This document shows, in pieces, positions 38,385 through 49,579 of a stretch of DNA of 64,000 nucleotides. Numbering within the stretch: the stretch's first letter is position 1; each line of letters begins with the position of its first letter. A model generated the notes under the pieces. It was not told where the DNA came from. It saw nothing but the letters and a program-made list of their open reading frames with translations, and ran no database searches. Position numbers and translations under genes: made by a program. Location: the NCBI GenBank assembly GCA_965140585.1, contig OZ223269.1, positions 928,001-992,000 on the forward strand, written 5' to 3'. Source of the DNA: Spirochaetia bacterium (lineage in GTDB: Bacteria > Spirochaetota > Spirochaetia > UBA9216).

Positions 38385-38438
38385 TTATAGCATGAGATTG
38401 GGAGTAGTCAAAACCTTTGTCACTGTTCTGGCGGAGAC
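38385..38438 (+). repeat. Truncated terminal attC (left arm only)
   Basis: TTATAGC (mutated R'') then GATTGGGAGTAGTCAAAACCTTTGTCAC...GAGAC; similarity then ends. Confidence 0.8.
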
Positions 38439-38532
38439 GAATCTTGTTGAACCGGCACATTTAAATACTTACGAAATTTGCAATCATCATTTTATACATA
38501 TAATTCATAGTACCTTTACTATGGAGATAAAA

Positions 38533-39091
38533 ATGAAACGAATCATAATTTTCCTATGTTTTATTACACTTTCTCTCCCTCTCTTTGCAGAAGGACCGGA
38601 ACCAATTGTAAGCGTAAATGATTAGGGTGTAGGAGTCATCTCCGGTATGGCAATGGGTGATTTAGCCCAGGTTGCAAACTTCGGTTTCGGAATTGAAACA
38701 AAACTGCCTATGGAATTTAATTCTTTGTCGAATCTATTGATAATTCCACGAGTCTCCGGGCTCTATTATCTCACACAGCTTAATACTATAACAGGTATTA
38801 AGCTGTGTAGGTATAGGTGCTGCTGTAGGTTACAAAATAAACCTTTCTGATAAAATATCGCTTACACCTTCTCTTGGCTGCAATTCTCTCATTCACATGG
38901 CTCTGGCAGATACACCATTGTTTTTCGTTGATACTGGTTTAACGGTCGGACTTGACTCAAGCTTTGTTTTATCTGAAGAGTTATCAATTTATTTGGAACC
39001 CACTTACATGTACTTTTTTGAGCAGGAAGTAATATCTCATCAGATATTATTAAGTACAGGTGTACACATTCGGTTAGGAGGTGATGAATAA
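38533..39091 (+). pseudogene. Secreted/outer-membrane beta-barrel-like protein, disrupted
   Basis: Signal peptide, in-frame TAG 38623, later frameshift, amphipathic strands. Confidence 0.55.
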
Positions 39092-40097
39092 TGAAAAAGA
39101 AATTTACATTACCTGTAATGAGTATAATTTTGTTTGCTCTGTTTATAGGCTGCTTTGATATGATTTCAACGCTGACTGGAGGAGATTCAACCCCATTATC
39201 AAATAATCTGGCTGAGGACGCTAGCTTTGGAACTGCAGGCACAGTTAGCCTTACCGGAGATACTGCCAGAAGAGTAGCCGGAGACAGTGAAGTAATATTT
39301 ATACTTTAAGTTTAAGCTCAACAACATGAATCTACTATCTTCAAAAATTTGATGACAGTGGAACAGCTGTATCTGCCTTTGGTGATGCTGGGAAATTAGC
39401 AATTGACTTGAAAGATTATGATGCTGCAACGGTTCTAACGGATCCAGGGACTTGGATAGCAGCGATGGCTGTTCTAAACGATGGCTCTGTTTTAATAGCT
39501 GGAGCTATATCTACAACCGGGCAAGAAGGTTTTGTAGTAAAATATACATCGACAGGGGTATTGGATACCAATTTTTTCAATAATGGATATTTTGATCTTT
39601 CTGATACTGACGGTACAATACTAACCAGCGTGCTATTTCTTGGATTAACACTTGATGGTGTTGATTTATACATATGTGGGAATCGAACACTTTCCGCCGG
39701 AGGCACTATAGGATCTGTATGGAAAATTTCGTCAGCGGGTGTAGCCAATTCTGATTTTGGTGGAGAAGAAGGATTGGCCCCGGTTTCACTGCTTGATAAT
39801 AGTTCCAGCTTCAACAGCTCTATGATAAACAGTCTCTTTCTAAAATTCGACGGAAGCTTGATTATTTCCGGAAGTGGTATTGATACTTCAAACAATTATT
39901 ACCGAATTGTTAATCAGGCTGCATTCCGTCAAACTACTCATAGAGGTTCTTTTGATACAGCATTCAGTTTAAGTGGAATTTTTTACCCCTTAGGAGAAAC
40001 TACAACAGGCGCCATTAGCAACTTTGTTAAAGACGGGACACGACTCTTAGCAGCCGTTACTCTGACTTCTGAAACAGTAGTTGTTGCATACAAGTAG
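39091..40097 (+). pseudogene. Lipoprotein with delta-60-like repeats, disrupted
   Basis: LFIGC lipobox; D.SFG..G / LDTNF..NG repeats; stops between 39309 and 39408. Confidence 0.6.
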
Positions 40098-40198
40098 TTT
40101 AAATAAACATCTTAATAAAAAAAACTCATCTAAATTGACGGTTTTTTTGCAGATATATTAAACTCCTATAAATTATTCAAATCATATTATGTACAAAT

Positions 40199-40603
40199 AT
40201 GAGAAAACTTATTAAATTGAATATAACATGGCAGGGTAAGAAATTGGATTATATAAAAGCAGCCAGTATTAAAGATTTTAAGAACAAAAGAATAAAAAGT
40301 ATCACAATATTGGGTAAAAAAGTCGGAATTATTAAAGGACCGGATTCTGAATTTTATGCAATTGAAGTCGGTTGTAAGCATCAGGGCGCAGATATAACAA
40401 AAGGCAATATATCTGGAGATATAGCAACCTGTCCTCGTCATGGATGGCAATTTAATCTTCTTACAGGAGAATGTCTTAATCATGATGCCTCAAAATTAAA
40501 AAAATATGGATTGAAAATAGAGGATGATGTTATTTTTATTACTTCTAAACCATTACCAGAGGATGTAGAAGATGATGATCCTCTTCTGCATTTTTTTGAT
40601 TGA
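40199..40603 (+). CDS. Rieske 2Fe-2S ferredoxin
   Basis: CKHQG...CPRHGWQF. Confidence 0.88.
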   Translation: MRKLIKLNITWQGKKLDYIKAASIKDFKNKRIKSITILGKKVGIIKGPDSEFYAIEVGCKHQGADITKGNISGDIATCPRHGWQFNLLTGECLNHDASKLKKYGLKIEDDVIFITSKPLPEDVEDDDPLLHFFD

Positions 40604-40630
40604 GCAAATTATTGTGGAGAAAGTTTCAAC

Positions 40631-41092
40631 ATGAAAATTAAGAATATCGAATTGAATCATAAAGATTATGAAGATCAGAAAATACAGGTTCGTATAATAA
40701 GCCTGGTAAATTTATTTAATGAACTTAAAAACCGAAAAATACCTGCCGAAATTATTGAAACTTTTAATACTATGATAGATTCCATAAATACATTTGATGG
40801 TGAACCTAAAATGCTTCTAAAATTGCTGAACAGCATTCAGGAGAAAGTACTGAGCAGTCTTGAAAAAGAGTTAAAACTTGTTACTAAAAATCATTATCAA
40901 AATAAGTGGATGGCCATGGGGATGGCAGCCTTTGGTATACCAATTGGTGCAGCTCTCGGTTTAACATTGAATAATATGGCCTTTCTTGGTCTGGGCCTTC
41001 CAATTGGTTTGGCTATAGGCATAGCTATCGGTTCTAAAATGGATAAAGCTGCTAAAACACTTGGAAATCAGCTTAATCTTACCAGAGGATAG
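40631..41092 (+). CDS. Hypothetical protein with C-terminal Gly-rich TM hairpin
   Basis: GMAAFGIPIG...GLPIGLAIG. Confidence 0.7.
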   Translation: MKIKNIELNHKDYEDQKIQVRIISLVNLFNELKNRKIPAEIIETFNTMIDSINTFDGEPKMLLKLLNSIQEKVLSSLEKELKLVTKNHYQNKWMAMGMAAFGIPIGAALGLTLNNMAFLGLGLPIGLAIGIAIGSKMDKAAKTLGNQLNLTRG

Positions 41093-41139
41093 AACTCTTT
41101 AAAACTGAATTTTTTTATTATTTGTGAGTTAAAAAAAGT

Positions 41140-41966
41140 ATGGAAAATAACTATTTTGGTTTAAAGAAAGCTATTATAATTTTAATTGTTCTTGCCGTTC
41201 TACAATTTGCAGGCGGACTGTTCATTACTGCAATAGCTATGCTGATAAACAAGAATCTGAATATCGCCTTAATTGCAGGTTTTGTAAATATCATAGTGTT
41301 CGGCATCTATTTATATTATCTTGCAAGCAGAGATAAAGCCGATATTTTCAAATTTTACTCAGTTAAACAATTCGAGATAAAATATCTTTTTCCAGGGTTA
41401 CTTTTAATTCTTGGAATCTCCATTTTAGCGTCCGAATTTGATAATATTTTAAGAGCTGTTCTTCCACTTCACGAATTATTTTTACTTGAAGACTTAATAA
41501 GTACCGATGGCAGGTTTTTCAATATCCTGGTTGAAATACTAACCTTATGTATTGTAGCACCCCTTACTGAAGAACTAATTTTTCGCAGGCATATACTTAA
41601 AAAATGAATAGAACTATGTCTTCAAACAAAGCTATATTCTGGTCGGCACTGCTTTTCGGCATTTTTCATCTCAATCCATTGCAGTTTCCGGGTGCTTTTA
41701 TCTACGGCTGTATTTTCGGTTATCTGTTTATACTTACCGGTTCTGTGCTGCCAGGTATCATTCTTCATTCTGCCGTAAATTTTTTACCGGTGCTGCTTAT
41801 TGATATCCTTGGAATCGTAATAGATGGTTATATTCCATCTCCTGAGAAAACACATCAGCCTGTGTGGTTTAACTTACTTGGTCTTATTCTCACATTTACC
41901 AGTATTTTGATCTTTTACATTATAAATAAGAATACTGCTCATAAAGGTGAATTAAAAGATCTTTAA
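41140..41966 (+). pseudogene. CPBP-family protease split by frameshift near 41600
   Basis: APLTEELIFR in first frame; LFGIFH, ILHS..N in second. Confidence 0.8.
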
Positions 41967-42620
41967 ACCGGTTGAAGCTAACTTTGCTTTTCAATAGATA
42001 TCATATATCTGAGTATAATTACAGATGCCGCGTAAAGGCTTGACCATAAAATATAACCATAATCAGAATTTATTTCTGATTATCTATTCCCTATCGATGA
42101 GAAAATAAATACTCCAAGATTTCCAAAAGTAAAAACCAGACCGATAGCGGTGCCAGCGTATCGACCTCCAATACATTCAGTTTCAATAACTATTTTTGTT
42201 AAAATAGCAACATATCCATCTATTATTAAACCGAATAATGCGCACAATAACCAGAGGGTCAATCTTTATGATAGAGGAAGTAGTGAAGTACTGATAAAAT
42301 TTAACAGAATCATTAAAGAAAGCATTCTCTTTTTTGATTTGCCCCTCCCTTACATTAGAGTAAAAGGCATTGCAGCTATCACACTGGCTCCATAGATTAA
42401 TGATAACGAACTATCCGCTTGAACTGCTTTCAATCCGTCGGCTCTTAAATACATTGGAATGAATATTGTCCATAATACAGAATTCACAATATAAACAGCT
42501 CCATAAAGTATAATCTCATTCTTCCAGCTGCCGACTATTGGCGATACAAAAGTCATTAAGGCAAGTAATAAAAAATTAGGAGTAAATGCTCTGAAAAGAT
42601 CAAAGCCGTCTACTTCATGA
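41960..42620 (-). pseudogene. MFS transporter remnant
   Basis: Fragmented hydrophobic ORFs 42350-42556 and 42080-42262. Confidence 0.45.
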
Positions 42621-42744
42621 AGGCTGCAAAGGAGACAATATCCCAGTCGTAATTATTAGTATGTTTTCTATACATTAGATGCAATGTTAATTTGAGTAAT
42701 GAAATATATCAAATACAAATACTTATTTCATTATTTGAAATTAG

Positions 42745-43400
42745 GTAGTCTTTATTTAAAAGCTGCTCCTTTTCCAGGGGTACTTCCTATAATTATATTT
42801 CCTCCAAGCAGTTTTTAAAATGATTTGGCAATTGCAAGGCCAGGCCTGTTTCCTCTGTAGCTTCTTTCATAACCACTGTCCACCTGAAAGATGGGCTCCA
42901 AAATTTTATCAAAATATTGCTGTTCAATCCTGATTCCGGTATCTGAAACACTAATTATGTACTCTGAATTATCAAAATCAATTTGTAATGTAACCGAACC
43001 TTTTTCCGTAAATTTAACAGCATTTTCTATTAGAGCAAAAATATAATCTTTAATCGCTGTACATCCGTATTTATAATTTGTTTATCTGAATTTAGATTTA
43101 TATCAATATTAAACAATAGCGATTTCTGCTCTGTTGGAAACTAGAAATGATTCTTTAGCTCATCTGACAGACTTATAAGCGACACTATCTCTAAATTTAG
43201 CTCTGATTTTCCCGTTTTAATTTCAGACATATATATTATACTGTCAACAATATCAATCAATTGAGAACTCCTATATTTTACAATATTTCTGAAAATTATT
43301 ATTTTCAGCCTCCGTGGTATCTGTGATAAGCCTTGAATATCCTATTATTCCGTTTAAAGGGTTGCGAATTTCATGACTTATATAAAGCAACAAAAATATA
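42745..43400 (-). pseudogene. Sensor histidine kinase remnant
   Basis: Manual translation: SHEIRNPLNGIIGYS, NAVKFTEKG, VSDTG, with stops/frameshifts. Confidence 0.78.
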
Positions 43401-43712
43401 TGCCAGTTCTGAAAAAAGAAAATACAGCAATGTTGTCAGGATTTTTAGTCTTAAGATGAATTCGCAAGATAGGCATAAGCATATAATCAATGAATCCGAA
43501 TGCTCCATAAAAGATTTAGGGTAATCTGATCCCTGTTCTGAATGTATTGATGTCAACTTTTTCTTTTAAGCATACGGCTCCAGTAAATACAGCTGAAATA
43601 TTGAATTATTAATTATATGAAATGAAAACTTAAAATGCTATGTAATCGAATACATACCTTTTTGCTTTTCCGCATTTTTTTATTAAGTTTATATAAGTTT
43701 GAGGAGTTTAAT

Positions 43713-44792
43713 ATGACTGATAAAGATAAAATAATTAAAGACAGAGCTGCTGGAGCTGTTTTAGGAGCGTTAATCGGCGATGCTCTTGCACTCGGTCCAC
43801 ACTGGTATTACAATCCTAAAAAGCAAAGAAATGATTACGGTGATTGGATTTCGTATTACACGGATCCCATGCCCGGCCGCTATCATGACGGATTAAAAGC
43901 TGGCGCATTATCACAGGCAGGTTATCTGCTTAATTTAACTCTTAATTCTTTATTAGAAAAAGGAGAGTACAGCCAGGATGATTTCTGCAATAGGATGGAT
44001 AATTATTTCTTTCCGCTAATAGACGGGACTCCTATCAGCGGTCCGGGTAATTATACAAGCCAGTCCATACGTGAAGCCTGGAAAAAAAGAACTTTAAAAA
44101 AATTACCATGGGGAAAAACAGGAGGAAACGCTGATACTACTGAAGCTATAGAAAGAATTATACCTATTGCAGTAAGATATGCACTTGAACCATCAAAAAT
44201 GACCGAGTTTGTATCTGGGAATACTTTGCTGACTCAGACTGATGACATTATAGTTTCAATAACTGTCGCATATGCAGCTATTCTCGGACAGCTTGTTCAG
44301 GGACATCCCCTGGATAGGCATATTTCGGAAAAACTAATGAAACTCGTGCACACTGGTGAGCTTCCTTTTCATTCTGTAACAAATGAAGATCTCGAACCAC
44401 CAAAGGCTGGTGATACTGAAATGCCGAGAGCAGGCAGGTTTGCATCACCTGATGCACTTCTGACACCATCATATATGGCTGAGGCGGCGGTTGATCCTGA
44501 TATTAAGATCGAACCGGCATGGAAAGTGTCGATAGTATATGGAATGCCCTGTGCAATTTATCATCAAATTCCTGCGGTTTATTATCTTTCGGCACGTTTT
44601 CATAATGATTTTGAAGCGGCAGTTTTAAATGCAGTCAACGGAGGAGGTCAGAACCAGGCACGTGCTATACTAACCGGTGCACTTACAGGAGCACAGGTGG
44701 GATTAAGCGGTATTCCACAGAAATTTATAAGCGGACTCGAGAAAGGAGAGGAACTTAAGAAAGCTGCTGAACAGCTTGCAGATGACTTGTAA
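43713..44792 (+). CDS. ADP-ribosylglycohydrolase family protein
   Basis: GALIGDAL...AVNGGGQN.ARA.LTGAL.GA..G..GIP. Confidence 0.88.
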   Translation: MTDKDKIIKDRAAGAVLGALIGDALALGPHWYYNPKKQRNDYGDWISYYTDPMPGRYHDGLKAGALSQAGYLLNLTLNSLLEKGEYSQDDFCNRMDNYFFPLIDGTPISGPGNYTSQSIREAWKKRTLKKLPWGKTGGNADTTEAIERIIPIAVRYALEPSKMTEFVSGNTLLTQTDDIIVSITVAYAAILGQLVQGHPLDRHISEKLMKLVHTGELPFHSVTNEDLEPPKAGDTEMPRAGRFASPDALLTPSYMAEAAVDPDIKIEPAWKVSIVYGMPCAIYHQIPAVYYLSARFHNDFEAAVLNAVNGGGQNQARAILTGALTGAQVGLSGIPQKFISGLEKGEELKKAAEQLADDL

Positions 44793-44805
44793 CATGATAC
44801 CCGGA

Positions 44806-46050
44806 CTAATCAGTATCTGCATGCGAAATGGAGATACTGAAAATCTGTTCAGATACATTCAAAAAACTATCGACTATATCCGGATCAAACTGCCTGCCAC
44901 GCTGCTCACTTATTAGTTGTACTGCATCTTCATGTTTGAAGGCTTTTTTATAAGGACGTTGAGACACAAGAGCATCATAAACATCAACCAGTGCTGTGAG
45001 TCGTGCTGATAACGGTATTTTTTCACCCTTCAAACCTTCAGGATACCCCAATCCATCCCATCTTTCATGATGATACAAGGCTATCTCTTTACCTAAACTA
45101 TATAAGGATTGCCCTGAGATGTTCTTCTCTATTGCTGAGATAACTGATCCGCCGATCTTAGGATGACTTTTAATAATTTCGTATTCTTCGTTATCAAGTT
45201 TACCTGGTTTCAGTAATATTGAATCCTGAATTCCTACTTTTCCGATATCATGAAGAATAATTGAATTTTTTAAATCCCTTATATACTCCCTTGTTATATA
45301 TCCGTAATATTTACCAGATATTCTGAGATCTTCTGTCAGTAGTTCAATATAATTCTGTAAACGTATAAGATGCTGTCCCGTGTCATTATCTCTGTATTCT
45401 GCGAGTTTTGCGAGTCCGATCATACTTGCGTTTCTTGTTTGAACAATTCTTTTAATTAAATTTTGAAAACCTTTCAAAAATAATGCATTCGAAACAACAA
45501 TACTCATATTCAATAAGATATAATTCAGGCTTTTTACAAGCCAGGCATCAGGCAGTATATTAAATTTAATTTCCCAGTCAAGGTTTCCAGTGACCAGAAG
45601 CAGCCAGACTATAATATTTGTAAAAGTGTATATTGAAAATGAGACTATAGCACCCTTATTACCCAAAAGAAAAGCCGCTAATATAGTTGTTGAAAACATC
45701 CATATTTCACCGGCACCAAGAGGCCCCAGGATCAGGAGAACCACCAATCCCAGAAAATAAAAAATGGCCAGTCCAATTGAGTTTTTGATTTTGTAATTCA
45801 GATTCTTTATTCTTGCAAGTATTAAAAATGAAAGATAAAACAGAGTATCTGCAAAAGCAATTAGATAATAATGTTCCTTTAATGAAAGATATACACTGGG
45901 AATATATGTAAAAAATGCCAGAATTGCAAAAAATTTGAATACAGTATCACAAACTTCCTGACGCCATTCTTTTATTTCACGCCCCATCAGCAGATCATCT
46001 TCTGAGACAAATAATCCAAAAATTCGTCTAATAAAAGTGTTAAAATTCAT
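44806..46050 (-). CDS. Membrane-bound HD-GYP phosphodiesterase
   Basis: LHDIGK, HHERWDG.GYP.GL.G; N-terminal TMs. Confidence 0.92.
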   Translation of the reverse strand: MNFNTFIRRIFGLFVSEDDLLMGREIKEWRQEVCDTVFKFFAILAFFTYIPSVYLSLKEHYYLIAFADTLFYLSFLILARIKNLNYKIKNSIGLAIFYFLGLVVLLILGPLGAGEIWMFSTTILAAFLLGNKGAIVSFSIYTFTNIIVWLLLVTGNLDWEIKFNILPDAWLVKSLNYILLNMSIVVSNALFLKGFQNLIKRIVQTRNASMIGLAKLAEYRDNDTGQHLIRLQNYIELLTEDLRISGKYYGYITREYIRDLKNSIILHDIGKVGIQDSILLKPGKLDNEEYEIIKSHPKIGGSVISAIEKNISGQSLYSLGKEIALYHHERWDGLGYPEGLKGEKIPLSARLTALVDVYDALVSQRPYKKAFKHEDAVQLISEQRGRQFDPDIVDSFLNVSEQIFSISISHADTD

Positions 46051-46145
46051 ATAAATCCTGCATCCATATTAACTTTATGAAAAATTGCCGGTCAATTCAA
46101 ATCTATATACAAATATTAAAAATATTTAATATAATGGAGTCTGTA

Positions 46146-47216
46146 ATGGATATAAAAATCAAAGCTCTTATTATATTTCTAATCGTTCTTACATCCTGTC
46201 ACACGGTTTCAAGACCGCAGACTCCTGAACCGCCTTTCAACTATGAAAATCAATTAGTTTCTGTATATAACGAAGATGATGATATAAATTTAGACGGTAT
46301 TTTGAGCATACCAAATAACAGGAAATCATTTCCTGTAGTAATTTTAGTAAGCGGCTCAGGTCCGCATAACTACGATGCAGAATGGAACTATCACAAACCA
46401 TTTGCGGTCATAGCAGATTTTCTTGCTGAGAACGGGACAGCAGTTCTCAGGCTTAATGATCGGGAATATAATTCAAATCCGGAGTTATTTTACCAGAACA
46501 CAACTGCTGATTTTGCCCGGGATCTCAGCTGTGCAGTAAGATTTTTAAGAAGTTATAAAGAAACCCGCAATTGTGATATCGGATTTTTAGGGCATAGTGA
46601 GGGTGGAATAGTAAGCGCAATGACCGCAGCTGAAGACCCGGATATTTCATTTGTAATCCTGCTTGGAACTCCCGCACTGCCGTTAAAAGATGTGAACCTG
46701 ACTGCTGCCGCTTTATCCTATGAACTTTCAGCTACACCCAATGAGGAGAAAGAGAAGCTTATGAGTTTTCACAGGGCATTTAATGAACTGGTTGAAAATT
46801 ATACCAGCCGGAATGAGTCCAGACTTGAGGTTGAGAAATTATTTGATTCATATTTTAAAGACACTGAACTTTATGACTTAAACACCCGGTATAATCTTTC
46901 CACAAAAATTACTTTACCCTGGTACAGATATATATTTTTAAACAATCCTTCTGATTATCTTGAAAAACTTAAAATTCCCGTACTAGCCATTATTGGACAG
47001 TATGATACTCAGGTTCCACCGGAAGAAAATCTTAAATACACGAAATTGGCCTTAAGCAGGCACTGGAATGATAAAAATTCGATATTAGAGTTTCCTGATT
47101 TAAACCATATGCTTCAGCCAACAAAAGGATATCAGGATTATTCAGGAATTGATAATACAGTTTCAGTAGAGCTTCTTCATGAAATTAACAGATGGATTAG
47201 TTATTTAGATTTATGA
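46146..47216 (+). CDS. Lipoprotein alpha/beta hydrolase
   Basis: VLTSC lipobox, GSGP, GHSEGG, D.QV, LNH. Confidence 0.85.
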   Translation: MDIKIKALIIFLIVLTSCHTVSRPQTPEPPFNYENQLVSVYNEDDDINLDGILSIPNNRKSFPVVILVSGSGPHNYDAEWNYHKPFAVIADFLAENGTAVLRLNDREYNSNPELFYQNTTADFARDLSCAVRFLRSYKETRNCDIGFLGHSEGGIVSAMTAAEDPDISFVILLGTPALPLKDVNLTAAALSYELSATPNEEKEKLMSFHRAFNELVENYTSRNESRLEVEKLFDSYFKDTELYDLNTRYNLSTKITLPWYRYIFLNNPSDYLEKLKIPVLAIIGQYDTQVPPEENLKYTKLALSRHWNDKNSILEFPDLNHMLQPTKGYQDYSGIDNTVSVELLHEINRWISYLDL

Positions 47217-47441
47217 AAGAATAATTTATGCGTTGACACTATTTTGATTCATCATTAACATTACATTACTTATTTTACAGGAGTACAAAGGGAACATGAG
47301 GCTGTAAGGCAGAAAATCACAAAATACTATCTTAGAACTCTTCTGGTTCATTATTGTGGTTATCTGCGTTGCTTTCCCCGGGCTCTCTGTTTTAACATTT
47401 TTTGTTATAAGATAAGCCCGGTTACACTTCAGGAGGAAGCT

Positions 47442-48926
47442 GTGACCGGTATAATTATAAATAAACTTACATTCGGATATTCCACTCAACTTTTTAATAA
47501 TCTAAATATTCAGTTTTCAGAAGGATGGACCGCAATAGTCGGCAATAACGGCTGCGGTAAAACAACACTATTGCGTCTTATCAAAGGGGTGCTGACACCA
47601 TGGAGTGGAGATATTTCAACACATGGTTTGGTTTCATACTGTTCACAGAATTCGGAATTTCCACCTGAAAATGCAGAAGATTTTCTATATGCCTATACCG
47701 GTGTTTCAATGCGTCTTAAAGGTATTCTTAATATAGAAGATGACTGGCTGGACAGATGGAACACGCTGAGTTACGGGGAAAGAATGAGATTTCAAATTGC
47801 CAGCGCTTTATTCCAGGAACCGGATATACTTCTTGCTGATGAGCCTACTAATCACCTAGATGAAAATAGTAGAGCTATGATTTTAAATTCTTTAAAGCTT
47901 TTTAAGGGTACCGGGTTATTAGTCAGTCATGACAGGATTCTTTTGGAGCAGCTACCTTTTCAGTGTCTATTCCTTACTCCTTCATCTATTACGATGCGAA
48001 AAGGGAATTATTCTGCAGGGAAAATTGAAGAAGAAAGAGAGTATAAAGAAGCAGTTCGCCTGAAAAATAACCTTGGGAATACTATAAAAAGACTTGAAAG
48101 TGCTGCAGCTAATAAAAAGAGACTGGCAGCAAAAGCTGACTCAGAAAGTTCAAAAAGAAAACTTGATAACAAAGATCACGATGGAAAAGCTAAAATAGAT
48201 CTGGGCCGTCTTACCGGAAAGGACGCGGTGCAGGGAAAGATGTATTCTATTATGCAGACCAGGCTTGAGAATGAAAAGAAAAAGTTCTTTGAGGCTGATG
48301 TAAAAATAAAGAGAGAGTTAAAACTATATAATACATCAGAAGAAGTAAGATCTGATTATATCATCAGGCTTGATCCCGGAATGCTGAATATTGGAAACAG
48401 AAAACTTATACTTCCGGAAATTGAAATATCACCTGGAACTAATATTGGAATTAGAGGTGATAATGGAACCGGGAAATCTAGTTTAATTAAACATCTGAAT
48501 AAAATTAATAAAAATTCCCGGACTTTATATATCCCCCAGGAAATATCGATGGACGAAGCTAATATAATTTCTGAAAGAATAAATAATCTGAACAGAAATG
48601 AAAAAGGAAAAGTTTTTGCGTCACTTGATAGACTGGGCTCAGATCCTCACAGGATTTTAAATACTAATAGACCAAGTCCGGGAGAATTGCGTAAACTATT
48701 GTTGTCAGAAGGATTTCTTTATGCACCATCATTACTGATAATGGATGAGCCTACAAACCATATGGATCTTGATAGTATTGAAAAGATTGAAAGCACTCTC
48801 AGGGAAACAGACTGCGCCATTATACTTGTAAGTCATGATTCTACATTTTTAAATAATGTATCAAATGAGATATGGGAAATTAAATATACAGAGGACAAAA
48901 ATATTTTAGTGCTAATAAAACCCTGA
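47442..48926 (+). CDS. ABC-F family ATPase
   Basis: Two NBDs (GNNGCGKT, GDNGTGKS; DEPTNH x2), no TMs; AGGAGG RBS. Confidence 0.88.
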   Translation: MTGIIINKLTFGYSTQLFNNLNIQFSEGWTAIVGNNGCGKTTLLRLIKGVLTPWSGDISTHGLVSYCSQNSEFPPENAEDFLYAYTGVSMRLKGILNIEDDWLDRWNTLSYGERMRFQIASALFQEPDILLADEPTNHLDENSRAMILNSLKLFKGTGLLVSHDRILLEQLPFQCLFLTPSSITMRKGNYSAGKIEEEREYKEAVRLKNNLGNTIKRLESAAANKKRLAAKADSESSKRKLDNKDHDGKAKIDLGRLTGKDAVQGKMYSIMQTRLENEKKKFFEADVKIKRELKLYNTSEEVRSDYIIRLDPGMLNIGNRKLILPEIEISPGTNIGIRGDNGTGKSSLIKHLNKINKNSRTLYIPQEISMDEANIISERINNLNRNEKGKVFASLDRLGSDPHRILNTNRPSPGELRKLLLSEGFLYAPSLLIMDEPTNHMDLDSIEKIESTLRETDCAIILVSHDSTFLNNVSNEIWEIKYTEDKNILVLIKP

Positions 48927-49042
48927 TTACTTAGATTTGACTTTAACCATTTTATCCAGTAATCTGACAATATTATAAAGACCGGACTTTACAGATACAT
49001 CAGAAGAGTAGGTATGTTTTTCCCTAAAGGGGGCACAAAATA

Positions 49043-49579
49043 ATGAATGATGACTATCTTTTATCAATTCTTAAAAATCGCTTCGAAGTTAATAAAAAGC
49101 GACATCCGAATCTTGAATGGGCTGCTGTTGAAAACAGGCTGACTGAAAACAGTGATTTACTCAAAGTATTAATTAAAATGGAAAAAACCGGCGGTGAACC
49201 TGATGTAATAGGGCAGGAACCCGATACCAGCCGAATAATTTTCTGCGACTGTTCTCCTGAAAGTCCAAAAGACCGGAGAAGTCTTTGTTATGATTCAGAA
49301 GCCCTTGAATCAAGGAAGGAACATAAACCAAAAGGAAATGTTATAGATACAGCTTCAGAAATAGGTATCGAACTTCTTGATGAAGAGCAGTACAGAAACC
49401 TTCAGAAACTCGGACCCTTTGATCACAAAACTTCAAGCTGGATAAAAACACCGGAATCTATCAGAAAACTGGGTGGAGCTTTATTCGCAGATTACAGATA
49501 CGGAACGGTTTTTGTCTATCACAACGGGGCTGACTCCTACTATGGTGCACGCAGATTCAGAGGTATTATCAGGATATAG
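49043..49579 (+). CDS. DUF4256-family protein
   Basis: ME.TGGEPD, ESP..RRSLCYD, YHNGA.SYY. Confidence 0.85.
   Translation: MNDDYLLSILKNRFEVNKKRHPNLEWAAVENRLTENSDLLKVLIKMEKTGGEPDVIGQEPDTSRIIFCDCSPESPKDRRSLCYDSEALESRKEHKPKGNVIDTASEIGIELLDEEQYRNLQKLGPFDHKTSSWIKTPESIRKLGGALFADYRYGTVFVYHNGADSYYGARRFRGIIRI

Larger units (their letters stand above)
1..38438 (+). mobile_element. Integron gene-cassette array (distal part; integrase/attI not in window)
   Basis: 22 related ~100-145 bp imperfect palindromes with ...AAC / GTT... ends separate 1-3 gene units, all on +. The R'' box ending each cassette is complementary to the R' box starting it in nearly all cases. Confidence 0.95.

Noticed and set aside
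1104-38438. Recurrent ~140-bp repeats as a CRISPR array or REP/ncRNA family
   Set aside because: They are separated by whole genes, carry AAC/GTT boxes with extrahelical bases, and match cassette ends; no cas genes are present. They are attC sites.
2262-38625. ORFs running through the repeats (2262, 3165, 3174, 14447, 15856, 21350, 22509, 26234, 29395, 29623, 30745, 30791, and the N-termini of 20164 and 38392)
   Set aside because: Translations of attC sequence; their mutual similarity reflects the DNA repeat, and they lack RBS support.
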